Below, piece after piece: positions 31,339-42,446 of a stretch of 64,000 nucleotides of DNA (position 1 is its first letter; each line of letters opens with the position of its first letter). Below the pieces are notes generated by a model that ran no database searches, was not told where the DNA came from, and saw only the letters and a list, made by a program, of their open reading frames with translations. Position numbers and translations under genes: made by a program. The stretch is from Bdellovibrionales bacterium (GTDB lineage: Bacteria > Bdellovibrionota > Bdellovibrionia > Bdellovibrionales > JAUICD01), in NCBI GenBank assembly GCA_965262715.1, contig OZ253553.1, positions 2,368,001 to 2,432,000 on the forward strand, written 5' to 3'.

Positions 31339-31947
31339 TTAAAATATGTCTTTTTTTAATAAAAGATCACATTGCATCTCCAACTCTCTTATCGCCCCAT
31401 TGTTCCAAATTACAAATGGAGTTAATTTCAATTTTTCCTCTTGAGGTATTTGTGAATTCATAATAAGGTCAATTTTCTCTTTTGTAAGAGATCTACTTTT
31501 TTTCAGTCTCTTATAAACAACATCCTTATCTGCTGCTACAAGTAGAACACAGTCAAATTTCGCCTGCATATTTTTTTCAAAAAGAAGTGCTACATCATAA
31601 ATTGCTAAACTGGTCTTTGATTTCTTTAATTGTTTTTTTCTTTCTTCCACCATAGCTTTTATAATAGGATGTAAAATATTTTCTAAAATAGCCTTTTTAT
31701 GTAAATCAGCAAAAACAATATCTCCTAATGCCTTTCTATCAATCATAACCTTTGATGTCTTTTCACTCTCAGAGCTTATTATATCCTTGCCAAAATGGGA
31801 AAGAAGCTCTTGAATAACACCTTTTTGCTTTAAGGCTTCATGCCCATAAGCATCTGCATTTAATACAGGAAATCCTTTTTGATGTAAAATTTTAGATACA
31901 GTAGACTTACCTGTACCAATTCCACCTGTAAGTCCAATCCATTTCAT
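31339..31947 (-). CDS. coaE: Dephospho-CoA kinase
   Basis: IGLTGGIGTGKS, IDRKALG.IVF, LE.ILHP. Confidence 0.95.
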   Translation of the reverse strand: MKWIGLTGGIGTGKSTVSKILHQKGFPVLNADAYGHEALKQKGVIQELLSHFGKDIISSESEKTSKVMIDRKALGDIVFADLHKKAILENILHPIIKAMVEERKKQLKKSKTSLAIYDVALLFEKNMQAKFDCVLLVAADKDVVYKRLKKSRSLTKEKIDLIMNSQIPQEEKLKLTPFVIWNNGAIRELEMQCDLLLKKDIF

Positions 31948-32019
31948 ATATCTCCTTAATTCTATAAGTTTTGATGAATAAACAATTATATTTTTATTTT
32001 AACTTGGTACATTGTATTT

Positions 32020-32523
32020 TTATATAGATTTTTTTATTTGTTGAAAAAGAGTTTGACGAATCCCCTCATAAACAACGGCTGTAACTGTGTTTGCTAAATT
32101 ATGACTGCGAATAGGTCCAAGCATAGGCAGTCCTATCATCTGATGAGCGTATTTATCTAAAATATTTTGATCTAACCCCTTTGTTTCTTTGCCAAAGACA
32201 AAATAATCCCCATATTGTAAATGAGTATCAAAAATAGAAACAGAAGATTTTGTCGACAGAAAAAAAACACGAGATATATCGGAGACATGATTTTCAAAAT
32301 CCATAAAAGATGTATGACGAACTAATTTTAAATGCGACCAATAATCTAACCCTGCTCTACGAACTGTTTTATCATCAATGATAAATGAAGGCTGGCCTAC
32401 AATATGTAAGCAAGATTTTGTACCAACACATGTTCTACCAATATTACCTGTATTGCCAGGGATCTCAGGTTCTACTAAAACCACATGAAACAATGGAAAA
32501 TCTTGTTTGATATCAATATGCAT
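32020..32523 (-). CDS. trmL: tRNA (cytidine/uridine-34 2'-O) methyltransferase
   Basis: PEIPGNTGNIGR, RRAGLDYW, FGKETKGL, RS.NLAN. Confidence 0.93.
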   Translation of the reverse strand: MHIDIKQDFPLFHVVLVEPEIPGNTGNIGRTCVGTKSCLHIVGQPSFIIDDKTVRRAGLDYWSHLKLVRHTSFMDFENHVSDISRVFFLSTKSSVSIFDTHLQYGDYFVFGKETKGLDQNILDKYAHQMIGLPMLGPIRSHNLANTVTAVVYEGIRQTLFQQIKKSI

Positions 32524-32536
32524 AATAAAAATACCT

Positions 32537-33484
32537 TCAGAACTCTAACTGAAGACCTATATATAGTGCTATTTTACTTGTTAGGTCTCTAGATCTAGGA
32601 ATTTGATCTTTATTAAGAAGTTTATTGAGAGCCTCTATATTCCTAAAAAAGTGTATAATACCTACTTTTATATAAGTATTTTCAACGCCGATAAGCTGCA
32701 TAGATCTATCTGCACTTTTTTCTAACCAGTCCAATTGAAGTAATACTCCTACATTGTAATAAAGCGCAAATTGGTTTCCTTTTTGTTCAGCTATTGTTGA
32801 AGTGGGAGCATTATCAGGAGTTGGAGGTGGGTTGGGATTTTGAGTTATTGTAGGATATTTTTCTTTAAAATACACATAAGCCAACCCTATGCCTGCATAA
32901 GGAGCAAAGTAAGGTTCGTTCATTATGCTATCTATCGTCAAAGTCAGCTCTGTGGTAAGAGGAATCATAGATAATTCTAGACCGTTGTTGCCTTTGTTTT
33001 TATAATACCCACCTCCAAGTCCTAATGATAGAGACCCAAAAGATGGAAAGTTGTATTTTAAAGCGGCTAAAAATGAAATATATCCTATATTTCCATCTGT
33101 AAAAGTTTTGGTGCCATATAAGTTAGAAAAACTAAAATTTTGTGATGGTTGTGGTTGTGGAACATTTAATTCAGCACTAAAAGAATTGTAATTATTAGGA
33201 TTCCAAAGTGAATAGCCGGGAGATATAGTCACACCCCATGCTTTTCTCCTCTGTTTATATGAAGGCATCCAATCAGAAGAGTCACTCTTTCCCTTTATCA
33301 TATCATCATAAGACAACTCATCTATTTTTATTTGGTTTTGCGCTATATATATATTTGAGTCATCATTATTTGTTAATGATAAAGGGGTTTTCAAAGACTT
33401 CTGAATGGCTATTGCCTTTTGCGTCCAAAAAGAATATAAACAGATCACAAAAATAATTTTTAGTAATTGATTAAAGATAGCCAC
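32537..33484 (-). CDS. Outer-membrane beta-barrel protein
   Basis: Signal peptide, APYAGIG strand, C-terminal GLQLEF. Confidence 0.65.
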   Translation of the reverse strand: MAIFNQLLKIIFVICLYSFWTQKAIAIQKSLKTPLSLTNNDDSNIYIAQNQIKIDELSYDDMIKGKSDSSDWMPSYKQRRKAWGVTISPGYSLWNPNNYNSFSAELNVPQPQPSQNFSFSNLYGTKTFTDGNIGYISFLAALKYNFPSFGSLSLGLGGGYYKNKGNNGLELSMIPLTTELTLTIDSIMNEPYFAPYAGIGLAYVYFKEKYPTITQNPNPPPTPDNAPTSTIAEQKGNQFALYYNVGVLLQLDWLEKSADRSMQLIGVENTYIKVGIIHFFRNIEALNKLLNKDQIPRSRDLTSKIALYIGLQLEF

Positions 33485-34538
33485 GTTTTCTTTGATCTCT
33501 TTCTATGGCATCAAAGAGAGCTTGAAAATTTCCTTCTCCAAAACCATCATGATTTTTCCTTTGAATGATCTCAAAGAAAATAGGGCCTATTACATTCTTT
33601 GTAAAAATTTGAAGTAAGTAACCTTCATTGTCACCATCAGCTAATATTTTTAAATCCTTTAGAATATGAATATCTTCAGTTAAATGAGGGATACGTTCTA
33701 ATAAAACATCATAGTATGTATCCGGCACATCTAAAAATTCTAGACCTGCATTTCTTAAACAGGTCACAGAATAGATAATATCTGAAGTTTCAAGAGCAAT
33801 ATGCTGTATGCCTTCACCTTTGTATTCCTCTAGGTATTCTTGAATTTGGCTTTTTTTATCAGAAGGCTCATTAATGGGTATTGTTACAGTGCCATTAGGA
33901 GATGTCATGACTTTAGAGATAAGCCCCGTTTCTTTTCCTTTGATATCAAAGTAACGTGTTTCTCTAAAGTTGAAAATAGACTCATAAAACCTTTGCCATT
34001 TGATCAAATCGCCTTGATATACATTATTTGTGAGGTGATCTATTTTCTTTAATCCAAAGTTTTTTGTAAGAGCTAGTTTATTTTCTTTAAACTGGTTTTC
34101 ATAGAGGTAAGATAAACTGTTTGCATCTACAAAGTAGATCAAAGAATCACCAATGCCATAGACGGTAGGAAAACCATAACTATTGTATTTTGTATCTTTG
34201 AATGGTTTTGCTCCTCTTTTAACAGCTTCATCAAAGGCTTTTTTTGCATCTATTGTTTTTAACCCCATACCACACACACTAGGGCCGTGCTTTGCTGAAA
34301 ATGCTCTAGAAAAACTCTTATCTACATAATTTATGATGAAGTCAATTTCTCCCTGGCGATAGAGTTCTATATGTTGCTCTTTGTGTGATGCAATTGGTTG
34401 AAAAGCAAAATTGTTGTAAAATAAGTTTTTTATTAAAGGGTTTTCTTTTGAATCACCTGTTAAAGGTAAGGTGAACTCTAAAAAGGCCACATTTAAGATA
34501 CCAATAGGGTTGTCGCTGTTTTTTTCCATTGCTTGCAT
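33471..34538 (-). CDS. hppD: 4-hydroxyphenylpyruvate dioxygenase
   Basis: IDHLTNNV, GIQHIAL, LLQIFT, FFEIIQR, GFGEGNF.ALF. Confidence 0.96.
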   Translation of the reverse strand: MQAMEKNSDNPIGILNVAFLEFTLPLTGDSKENPLIKNLFYNNFAFQPIASHKEQHIELYRQGEIDFIINYVDKSFSRAFSAKHGPSVCGMGLKTIDAKKAFDEAVKRGAKPFKDTKYNSYGFPTVYGIGDSLIYFVDANSLSYLYENQFKENKLALTKNFGLKKIDHLTNNVYQGDLIKWQRFYESIFNFRETRYFDIKGKETGLISKVMTSPNGTVTIPINEPSDKKSQIQEYLEEYKGEGIQHIALETSDIIYSVTCLRNAGLEFLDVPDTYYDVLLERIPHLTEDIHILKDLKILADGDNEGYLLQIFTKNVIGPIFFEIIQRKNHDGFGEGNFQALFDAIERDQRKRGYL

Positions 34539-34616
34539 ACTGTCTCTCTCATTATGTTTTAGTCACAGATTCTAAGAATAGTCGCAAATATATCCGGTTG
34601 ACTTACAATTACCTTT

Positions 34617-34940
34617 TCATACTGAAAAAGAAGCTCCACAACCACAAGTTTTAGAAGCATTAGGATTATTAAAACTAAACCCTTGTCCATTTAGGCCTCC
34701 ATCAAAATCTAAAACTGTGCCAGCAAGATAAAGGTAGCTTTTTGGATCAGTCACTAACTTAACCCCTTTGTCTTCAAAAACATTGTCTTCTTCACTCCCT
34801 TGTGTATCAAATTTCATCTTATAAGACATTCCAGAACATCCTCCCCCTATTACAGAGACTCTTAAAAATGAGTCTGAGTCTTTTTCTTGACTCTTTAAAA
34901 GACAGATTTGTTTGGCTGCTAAATCAGAAATCTCTATCAT
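34617..34940 (-). CDS. A-type Fe-S carrier (IscA/ErpA/HesB)
   Basis: GGGCSG and CGCGASF; GGAGG RBS before ATG 34940. Confidence 0.93.
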   Translation of the reverse strand: MIEISDLAAKQICLLKSQEKDSDSFLRVSVIGGGCSGMSYKMKFDTQGSEEDNVFEDKGVKLVTDPKSYLYLAGTVLDFDGGLNGQGFSFNNPNASKTCGCGASFSV

Positions 34941-35149
34941 AGCACCTCCTTGGCTATACTCCATTATTGATTATACTCTTTCTGTTGAAAGAGATAAATA
35001 GAGTTTATTGTAAGATAGTCATATTTGTGACATGTATTTTTTGGCATTGATTTTTTATGACTTTTTTCCTTAACTTTCGTCCAATTTTAGCCGAATGATT
35101 TGTAAAGGACAATCAAATATTAAAAGGAATCCAATAAAAGGGGATGTAA

Positions 35150-35527
35150 ATGCAGAATCGAGTGGCTTTAAGAAAAAAAATAGAAGGCATCACTGTATCT
35201 AATGTCGCTATATTAAAGCCTTCTTATTGCTCTCTAACCAAAAAAGCGACCCTTGTCAATGCTTCATCTCATGATTTTTTGATCCTCATTCAAAGAAAAG
35301 ACCTTATACCTAAGTATCTCCGTAATAATTTAACCCTTCATAATATCACAGATCACTTGATTATTCTAACTATTGAGCAAATGGACCTAACTATAAGTGG
35401 TTATGTCGCAAGGACTGCTATGATTGGTCAGGGGAACTTTGAGGTGGCTATAGATTACAGTCAGGATGAATCTGATTATTTCAGAGAATGCCTATTTAGT
35501 ATGCTACCAAATAAAGATGAATTTTAA
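35150..35527 (+). CDS. Hypothetical protein, possibly PilZ-like barrel
   Basis: N-terminal R...R and (D/N)xS-like NAS, beta-rich. Confidence 0.5.
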   Translation: MQNRVALRKKIEGITVSNVAILKPSYCSLTKKATLVNASSHDFLILIQRKDLIPKYLRNNLTLHNITDHLIILTIEQMDLTISGYVARTAMIGQGNFEVAIDYSQDESDYFRECLFSMLPNKDEF

Positions 35528-35694
35528 ATAAAATTACCTAAGTCTTAATATGTACAGTACAAGTCACCTTAAATTTTGTAGATGTACGCAAAAATTCAGA
35601 ATAGATCCAGTGGGTCTTTGCCAGACACCAAAATTTAATAAGGAATAATTTGTAACTTCAATGATTTACATCAAAACAATAACAGCCCCTTGTG

Positions 35695-36702
35695 TTATCC
35701 ATGGCCTCCCATCATAAAGTCTGATTCTTCCTCTCTAGCTAAGCTTTTGACTTTCTCAAAGTACATTTGAGAATAATTCATGAGTTGCTCTATATTTTTA
35801 ATTTGAAATAGTTCTTTTCTAAATAGTTTTGACTGAGAATACCCTGAAGAAAACCAAGAGATAAATTTTTTCATCTGTAAAAGCACCTTATATTCATCTA
35901 AGTCTTTTGTGAGATAATAATGTAAATTTTGTATTACATAAATAGGATCTTGAACGCCCAAGTCTTTCTTTTTGTTTTGATAAAGATGCAATGCTTCTTT
36001 TAATATCCATGGACGTTTTATACATCCTCGACCTATCATTACCCCATCACATTGGGATTGTATGATGGTATCAACAGCTTGCTTTGCAGTTATAATATCT
36101 CCATTTCCTATGATAGGTATCTGACTTTCTATTTTTGTCTGTTTTATATAACTCCAATCAGCTTTCCCACTATATCCTTGAGATCTTGTTCTTCCGTGGA
36201 TAGCCACCCAAGTCACTCCCTCGTTATAAGCAATATGACAAACTTTAGATGCATTTTTAGAATCTTCATCCCATCCTATGCGAATTTTAATAGTTAGAGG
36301 TATTTCTATAGAAGACCTTACGGCTTTTAAAATAGACCTGAGTTGATTGAGGTCTTTTAAGACAGCTGAGCCAGCTCCTTTTTTTACAATTTTTTTTACA
36401 GGACAGCCAAAGTTAATATCCACAAAGTCATACCCCATCTCTTCAACAATAGCTGCTGCTCTACCCATGGATTGAGGTTCTTCTCCAAAAATCTGTACTC
36501 CAATAGGAGATTGTGTTTTAGAAAATTTAAGTAGTTGGAGTGTTGTTTCATTTTTATGCTCAATTCCATGAGCAGAGACTAACTCCGTCAAAACAATATG
36601 AGCACCTAAGGATTTCATTAAGGACCTAAATGCATTATCAGTCACACCAGCCATAGGAGCTAAGACAAATGGGTTTTTTTCAAGCTGTTTTATTAAGTCC
36701 AT
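35695..36702 (-). CDS. dusB: tRNA dihydrouridine synthase
   Basis: LAPMAGVTD, DINFGCP, HGRTR, NGDI, MIGRG. Confidence 0.92.
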   Translation of the reverse strand: MDLIKQLEKNPFVLAPMAGVTDNAFRSLMKSLGAHIVLTELVSAHGIEHKNETTLQLLKFSKTQSPIGVQIFGEEPQSMGRAAAIVEEMGYDFVDINFGCPVKKIVKKGAGSAVLKDLNQLRSILKAVRSSIEIPLTIKIRIGWDEDSKNASKVCHIAYNEGVTWVAIHGRTRSQGYSGKADWSYIKQTKIESQIPIIGNGDIITAKQAVDTIIQSQCDGVMIGRGCIKRPWILKEALHLYQNKKKDLGVQDPIYVIQNLHYYLTKDLDEYKVLLQMKKFISWFSSGYSQSKLFRKELFQIKNIEQLMNYSQMYFEKVKSLAREEESDFMMGGHG

Positions 36703-36714
36703 GTTATATTATAT

Positions 36715-37680
36715 TTAAAGTCCACGGACATTAGGGACTTGATCAGGATTTCCTGTGATTCTAAAAGAGTAAGTATTGCCTTTTTTATGTTGACTTAAAT
36801 TCAAGATATTTAAGAGGGATCTAAAGTGATTTTCTAAGTTTGATTTAAGCATTAGGCGACATGCAAGATTATAATTTCCAGGAAGAAACTCGGTTTTATT
36901 CATCCTTTTACGAATTTGCACATCAACAAACCCATTAATTTGACCTACAATATCGTCTCCCTCTTGCCCTAGTTCTAAACTTTCTATTTGAAGTTGGCCT
37001 TCTTTTAAATTCGCCTGCATAGCAATACCTTTAAGAGAAATGGCAGGTATGGAGAAAGGGCCGATAGGAGTGGGTACAGATAACGCTTGCAACTTAAAAC
37101 TTTGAGTTTGGGTTTGCAGTTTGAAATCAGGTTGTACTTCAAAACTTGAATCCAACTGGCCCTCTGCTTGAAAGTTGAGAAGCCCGTCCACATTAAGTTC
37201 AGGAGATACCATTTGTAAAAATTCTTGGATGGAAATGCTTTGTGTTCTAATATAAGTGTCTAATGTAATTTCTCCTTGATCAGTTTGTTCCAGAACCTTC
37301 ACAAAAAACTGTAGGTTGCCACCCATAATTCCATTTAATTGGGCTGTCATGCCTATATTACCAAAAACAGAAGAGATAGCAGGTGTAATGATCATCTCAT
37401 CCACTTTTAATCCTGACACAAAAGGAGTGGTGACCACAAGTTGAGACATTTGAAACCCAGGAGAAGGTAGTAATTTTAATGCAAGATCTTCAAATTGGAG
37501 TACAACTTGATTCCTAGTGCTTCTAGCAATAAAGTTAGACACAAAAAGGGAAATATCTGAAAAAGGGAAAAGTAGCACAAAAAAAACAATTGCACTGATT
37601 ACCATAACCAAGATTTTTAACTTATGATATCTCAATAAACTTAAGATAGGGGCTGTTAGCCACTGAAAACCAATGCTCAT
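36715..37680 (-). CDS. gspN: Type II secretion protein N-like
   Basis: N-terminal TM ending LFPF, beta-rich periplasmic domain; follows gspL-gspM. Confidence 0.7.
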   Translation of the reverse strand: MSIGFQWLTAPILSLLRYHKLKILVMVISAIVFFVLLFPFSDISLFVSNFIARSTRNQVVLQFEDLALKLLPSPGFQMSQLVVTTPFVSGLKVDEMIITPAISSVFGNIGMTAQLNGIMGGNLQFFVKVLEQTDQGEITLDTYIRTQSISIQEFLQMVSPELNVDGLLNFQAEGQLDSSFEVQPDFKLQTQTQSFKLQALSVPTPIGPFSIPAISLKGIAMQANLKEGQLQIESLELGQEGDDIVGQINGFVDVQIRKRMNKTEFLPGNYNLACRLMLKSNLENHFRSLLNILNLSQHKKGNTYSFRITGNPDQVPNVRGL

Positions 37681-37712
37681 ATTTTACTTACTCCCCAAGA
37701 CTTAGTTTTTGT

Positions 37713-38369
37713 CTATTTAACTTCTGTAGCAGGTGGGTAAAACCCTATAATTGTATACATTACGTCATAGTAATTGTCGTGCTCGACACTTGGTTTCATA
37801 TCTAAACCAACTAACTTGGTAGAACTATGTATTGTTTGCAATCTAAAGCCAATGTCTGTGATTTGTTTAAGGTTTAGAGACTTTAAAGATATTGAAATAC
37901 CTTTTTGCTGGATAGCACCTCGTCCTTTTCTAGCTGAGATTTTTTTTGGAAATTGAACAAGGGTTAATGAGTTTTTTATTGATATGTCATCGATCTGCTC
38001 AGGACTAAGGTAGAAAGATTGAAGAATTGCATCAACTCCTCGTTCTAGTATGGATGGATCTGGAGGAGGTATGATGGAAGCAGTAAGAGCCATATCTCTT
38101 CTTAATTGTGAAAGTTGCTTTATAGAATCTTGATATTCTTCAAATTCTGCTAATTTTTCAGAAGATTGAGAAAAAAGTCCCCATAGAAACCAAAGCAAGA
38201 AACCAGTACCAATAAAGACAGTTCCAATCTTTAAAGTTTTTTGAGCAGAGTGTGTAAGGTTGTCATATCTTTCTTTCAAAGAAATAAAAGCAGAAGATTC
38301 TTGTATTTTGATCCAAGTATCCTTTAATCTCTCTTGAAGTTGTTCTTTAATATCTTCTAATCCTGTCAT
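37713..38369 (-). CDS. gspM: Type II secretion protein M-like
   Basis: Single TM, coiled coil, ferredoxin-like C-terminus; gene position. Confidence 0.6.
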   Translation of the reverse strand: MTGLEDIKEQLQERLKDTWIKIQESSAFISLKERYDNLTHSAQKTLKIGTVFIGTGFLLWFLWGLFSQSSEKLAEFEEYQDSIKQLSQLRRDMALTASIIPPPDPSILERGVDAILQSFYLSPEQIDDISIKNSLTLVQFPKKISARKGRGAIQQKGISISLKSLNLKQITDIGFRLQTIHSSTKLVGLDMKPSVEHDNYYDVMYTIIGFYPPATEVK

Positions 38370-38421
38370 TGATTTTTTCCTATGATATTTTCATTAAAGT
38401 TTCTTATAAATTAGAATATCT

Positions 38422-40110
38422 CTATAGGTTTTTTTTGTTGTTTTTAATAGTGAATGTATAAGCAAAAGGCCACCTCTTAGATGTTTTAGTTTTCTCTTGA
38501 GATGACGGTTCAAATGATGGTGTGATAGGTTGAACTTTGCCATTTTGCGCCATTTTTTTTAAACTATTTTGAATGAGCAACCTCTGATTTTGACGGCTCA
38601 TTTCTCCTTCAATCTGCACCTTGTTACTTTGAATGGAAAGCCTTTGTACCTCTACAATGCCCTGTTTTTTCTCTATGAACTGACGGCTGATCAATGTCAT
38701 TGTATCTAATGCTGTAGATATAGTAACAATAGCAGATAAGTCTTGCTTGTTTTTTATTTCCCTACGTTTTTTCTGTATAAACCTTTGAATACTCGCGGGT
38801 GAAGCCTTCCTTAAGTTAATGCCTGGTGATTTAGCTTGAGTGGCAAGAGCATCATATCCCACATCAGATAGGTTGCTGGTTAAATTACCTCTTATAACAG
38901 TGTATATAAAGAAAATAGCAATACTTGCAGCTAGGATTTTAAAAGAGTAACGGTAAGCCCTCCAAAATTTGTTGAAGGATTTGTCCTGAAATGCAAAGTC
39001 ATTTTTTCTAAAGTTGACTGGAGGATTACGTGGCCGGCGTAGAGCCTCAATAGCAACTCCAATTGCTGTCGCAGAACTTTTTGCAGGTAATTTAACAGCT
39101 GATTGATGGTCATAACTGTGATTAAGAAGACTACAAGCGATATTGAACTGTTCAGATAAATATCCATCTATATTTGTCAACCCGCTTGTACCTCCTAAAA
39201 GGTAAATATGATTGAAAGTTATTTTTTGTTTGCTAGATAGAGATAGCAATATACGTTTAAGTGTGACAATAAGATATTGAAAACTCTCTCTAATTGTATC
39301 AGAAAAGATACGTTGGTCAGAAGAGACTTCAGTTTCTGCCTCTAAAGAGGATGTTAAGATAAAACCTTTTTCTATCAAGATTGTCATTGCTTCCGGTTCA
39401 GAGATTCCATATTTCTTCATCAAGTTTTTAATGATGTGAAGTCCTCCAAAATATAAGCTATGTGTCTGAATAAGGTTTTTATCGATATAAGTAGAAAACA
39501 GAGTTTTTTCATGCCCTATTTCTAAAACCCCACTAGCATCTCTCATATCAAATAAGCTTAATTCATCTTCACCTGTGGCATAAAGAGAAGATGTGAGCTC
39601 TGCTGGAGGTTCATTCCATGTAGAAATCAAATTAGCTGTAGCTGCCCCTTGTGCAGTCACCATTTTGGGATTAATACCAACATCTGTTACAAGAGATAGA
39701 ATCTCTCTAATGTGTTCTTTAGGACAAATAAAAGCCAAAACTTCTGTAATTTTCCCAATAGTTGCTATAAACTTTGCTTCATAAATAGCTTCATTATGAT
39801 CAAAAGGCACGTCATCCACTAGTTGAAATGGAAGACTCTTAATGATTTTATGTCTTTCTTTAAAAGGAAAGGACTTATAACGAACGGTTATAAGTTCTTG
39901 TCTGACTGCAAGTGAGAAAAAAACTTTTTGATCCCGATAATGATGAGCTATTTTTCTTAAAGCATCAATAATTAGAATTTTCTTATCTGCACTCAAATCA
40001 TGAGTCAGTGGTATTTCTATATAATCTATAACCTTATAACTATTGGCTGTTGCTATAACTTCAGCCACTTTGACAGAATAAGAACCAATATCAATACCAA
40101 TACTTTTCAT
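38422..40110 (-). CDS. gspL: Type II secretion protein L (PilM-like actin fold + TM + PilN-like domain)
   Basis: IGIDIGSYSVK, LEIGH.KT, LGGTS, VNFRK..F, TM segment. Confidence 0.78.
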   Translation of the reverse strand: MKSIGIDIGSYSVKVAEVIATANSYKVIDYIEIPLTHDLSADKKILIIDALRKIAHHYRDQKVFFSLAVRQELITVRYKSFPFKERHKIIKSLPFQLVDDVPFDHNEAIYEAKFIATIGKITEVLAFICPKEHIREILSLVTDVGINPKMVTAQGAATANLISTWNEPPAELTSSLYATGEDELSLFDMRDASGVLEIGHEKTLFSTYIDKNLIQTHSLYFGGLHIIKNLMKKYGISEPEAMTILIEKGFILTSSLEAETEVSSDQRIFSDTIRESFQYLIVTLKRILLSLSSKQKITFNHIYLLGGTSGLTNIDGYLSEQFNIACSLLNHSYDHQSAVKLPAKSSATAIGVAIEALRRPRNPPVNFRKNDFAFQDKSFNKFWRAYRYSFKILAASIAIFFIYTVIRGNLTSNLSDVGYDALATQAKSPGINLRKASPASIQRFIQKKRREIKNKQDLSAIVTISTALDTMTLISRQFIEKKQGIVEVQRLSIQSNKVQIEGEMSRQNQRLLIQNSLKKMAQNGKVQPITPSFEPSSQEKTKTSKRWPFAYTFTIKNNKKNL

Positions 40111-40268
40111 GGTTTTAAACCTCTTTGCCTATATATCACTTTAACAGAGGTTTTAAGGATTCATCAATAAACTTATTGAGAATGTTCTTCATTTCCCCTC
40201 AAAACAAACTTTAAGGTTGTTTTCATCCGAGTAAAGGCTCATTGGAGGGAAATTTTTAGAGGGATATC

Positions 40269-40799
40269 TTAATCTTTAGAAGTTTTTTTTCTTTCATAAA
40301 CTAAAAAGGTAAGAGGAGGATTGATATCTGAACTGTTGTAAGATGGACTTGCCGAAGTCAACTCGAATGCCTCTTTATCAAAAATAGGGAAAAAAGTATC
40401 TCCCTCGTAAGTTTCTTGAATGAGTGTAAGATAAATACGTTGAACAATGCCTAATGTTTGTTGATAAATCTGACTCCCTCCACAAATAAAGACCTCTTCT
40501 GGCCATGTTTTTCTTTCTATTTGTTCTTCACAGAATGAAATAGCTTCATCGATAGAACTAACAACTTTTACCTCTGGATATGAAAAGCTTAAGTCTCTTT
40601 GTTTTGTCACGATGACATTTAGTCGTTGTTTCAAAGGTTTATTACCTATGGCATAAAAAGTTTTTCTACCCATAATGACACAATGCCCTTTAGTCTTATC
40701 ATGAAAATAGTGTAGGTCTTCTGGTATATTCCATGGAAGATGATTGTCTTTTCCAATAGCTCTGTTTTTAGACATTGCAGCAATTTGTGAAAGAATCAT
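40269..40799 (-). CDS. folA: Dihydrofolate reductase
   Basis: [28 protein letters not shown]. Confidence 0.96.
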   Translation of the reverse strand: MILSQIAAMSKNRAIGKDNHLPWNIPEDLHYFHDKTKGHCVIMGRKTFYAIGNKPLKQRLNVIVTKQRDLSFSYPEVKVVSSIDEAISFCEEQIERKTWPEEVFICGGSQIYQQTLGIVQRIYLTLIQETYEGDTFFPIFDKEAFELTSASPSYNSSDINPPLTFLVYERKKTSKD

Positions 40800-41590
40800 A
40801 CAGATACCTCTGCTTTTATTTTAGAGTGGGGGTCATAGTTAATCAACTGAAAATCCTCATACTTGAAATCTTCAATACGGCGAATCTTACGGTTAAGAAT
40901 AAGAGTTGGCAATTTACGTGGTTGCCGAGTAAGTTGTTTTTTTACTTGTGGAATGTGATTAGAGTAAATGTGTGCATCTCCTATAGTGTGCACAAATTGA
41001 TATGGCACCAAATCACAAATCTGTGCTATCATCATAGTCAATAAACTATAACTTGCAATATTAAAAGGCACACCTAAAAACAAATCTGCGCTCCTTTGAT
41101 AGAGTTGACAAGATAACTGCCCAGAACTTCCTACATAAAACTGAAAGAGTATATGGCAGGGAGGAAGTTTCATTTTATCTATATCAGCTACATTCCAAGC
41201 ATTGACAATTAAGCGTCTTGAAGTTGGATCTTTTTTAATTTGTTCAATCACATTTGCAATCTGGTCTATACATTTATCTCCATCTTTCCAAGATCGCCAT
41301 TGAGACCCATAAATAGGTCCTAAATCACCATTTTTATCAGCCCATTCATCCCAAATAGTCACTGAGTGATCCTGTAGGTATTTGATATTTGTATCTCCTT
41401 TTAGCAACCAGAGCAGCTCATAAATAATAGAACGTAAATGCACTTTTTTAGTGGTGAGTAGAGGAAACCCCTTGGCAAGGTCATATCTTGCGTGCACTCC
41501 AAATTTACTGATTGTACCTGTACCTGTACGTTCTTTACGCGGTTGACCTGTTTCTAAGACATCTCTTAAAACACTCAAATATGGCTGCAT
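40796..41590 (-). CDS. thyA: Thymidylate synthase
   Basis: [28 protein letters not shown]. Confidence 0.98.
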   Translation of the reverse strand: MQPYLSVLRDVLETGQPRKERTGTGTISKFGVHARYDLAKGFPLLTTKKVHLRSIIYELLWLLKGDTNIKYLQDHSVTIWDEWADKNGDLGPIYGSQWRSWKDGDKCIDQIANVIEQIKKDPTSRRLIVNAWNVADIDKMKLPPCHILFQFYVGSSGQLSCQLYQRSADLFLGVPFNIASYSLLTMMIAQICDLVPYQFVHTIGDAHIYSNHIPQVKKQLTRQPRKLPTLILNRKIRRIEDFKYEDFQLINYDPHSKIKAEVSV

Positions 41591-41763
41591 AAAAGACCTC
41601 CAAATGTTGTTTTAAAGTATGTAAATATCAGTGAAAAAACAATATATGACCAATTAGGCCATTTTTAGAGTAATTTACTTGAAATGTTATTAAAAAAGTA
41701 GATACTTGACTTATTAAAACTATAAATTCATACTAATTATTTATCTAAAGGGATTATATTGTT

Positions 41764-42117
41764 ATGGAAATGGCAAGTCATTTAAATAATACTTATGCGA
41801 TTATTCAATCTGGAGGTCGTCAGCATCGAGTTGTGACTGGACAGCATTTAAAAGTAGCAAAAATGGACAAAGATCCTGGTAACCAGTTCCAAATCACAGA
41901 GGTTTTAGCTATTGGTGGAAATAATCCTTTAATTGGAGACCCTTTTGTCAAAGATGCTAAGGTTGAAGTCGAGGTGAAAAGGCATGCTAAAGATAGTAAG
42001 ATCCTTGTGTTTAAAAAACAACGTAGAAAACGTCACAGAAGGATGAGAGGGCATAGGCAAGATTTTACAGAACTAAAAATAAATAACATTATTGCTCCTT
42101 TTTTAAATAATGCATAG
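41764..42117 (+). CDS. rplU: 50S ribosomal protein L21
   Basis: YAIIQSGGRQ ... GHRQ.FT. Confidence 0.96.
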   Translation: MEMASHLNNTYAIIQSGGRQHRVVTGQHLKVAKMDKDPGNQFQITEVLAIGGNNPLIGDPFVKDAKVEVEVKRHAKDSKILVFKKQRRKRHRRMRGHRQDFTELKINNIIAPFLNNA

Positions 42118-42142
42118 CTGAATCAAATAAATAGGGGAATTT

Positions 42143-42397
42143 ATGGCATCAAAAAAAGCTGGTGGAAGCACGAAAAATGGAAGAGATAGCCACAGCCAGA
42201 GACTAGGACTAAAGGTCTTTGGTGGCCAGAAGGTTAAACCAGGTATGATTATTGTACGCCAAAGAGGTACACAGTTTCATCCTGGAAAAAACGTAGGCCT
42301 TGGTAGGGATCATACGATTTTTGCGAAATCATCTGGTGTTGTCTTGTTTGAAAATATTGATAAGAAACGACTTAAGATTTCTGTAGCAGCCTCTTAA
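42143..42397 (+). CDS. rpmA: 50S ribosomal protein L27
   Basis: [16 protein letters not shown]. Confidence 0.98.
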   Translation: MASKKAGGSTKNGRDSHSQRLGLKVFGGQKVKPGMIIVRQRGTQFHPGKNVGLGRDHTIFAKSSGVVLFENIDKKRLKISVAAS

Positions 42398-42446
42398 GAA
42401 TAGCAATTTTAAGATAGTTAAGAGTAGAAGTAGAGATGAACTTCTT

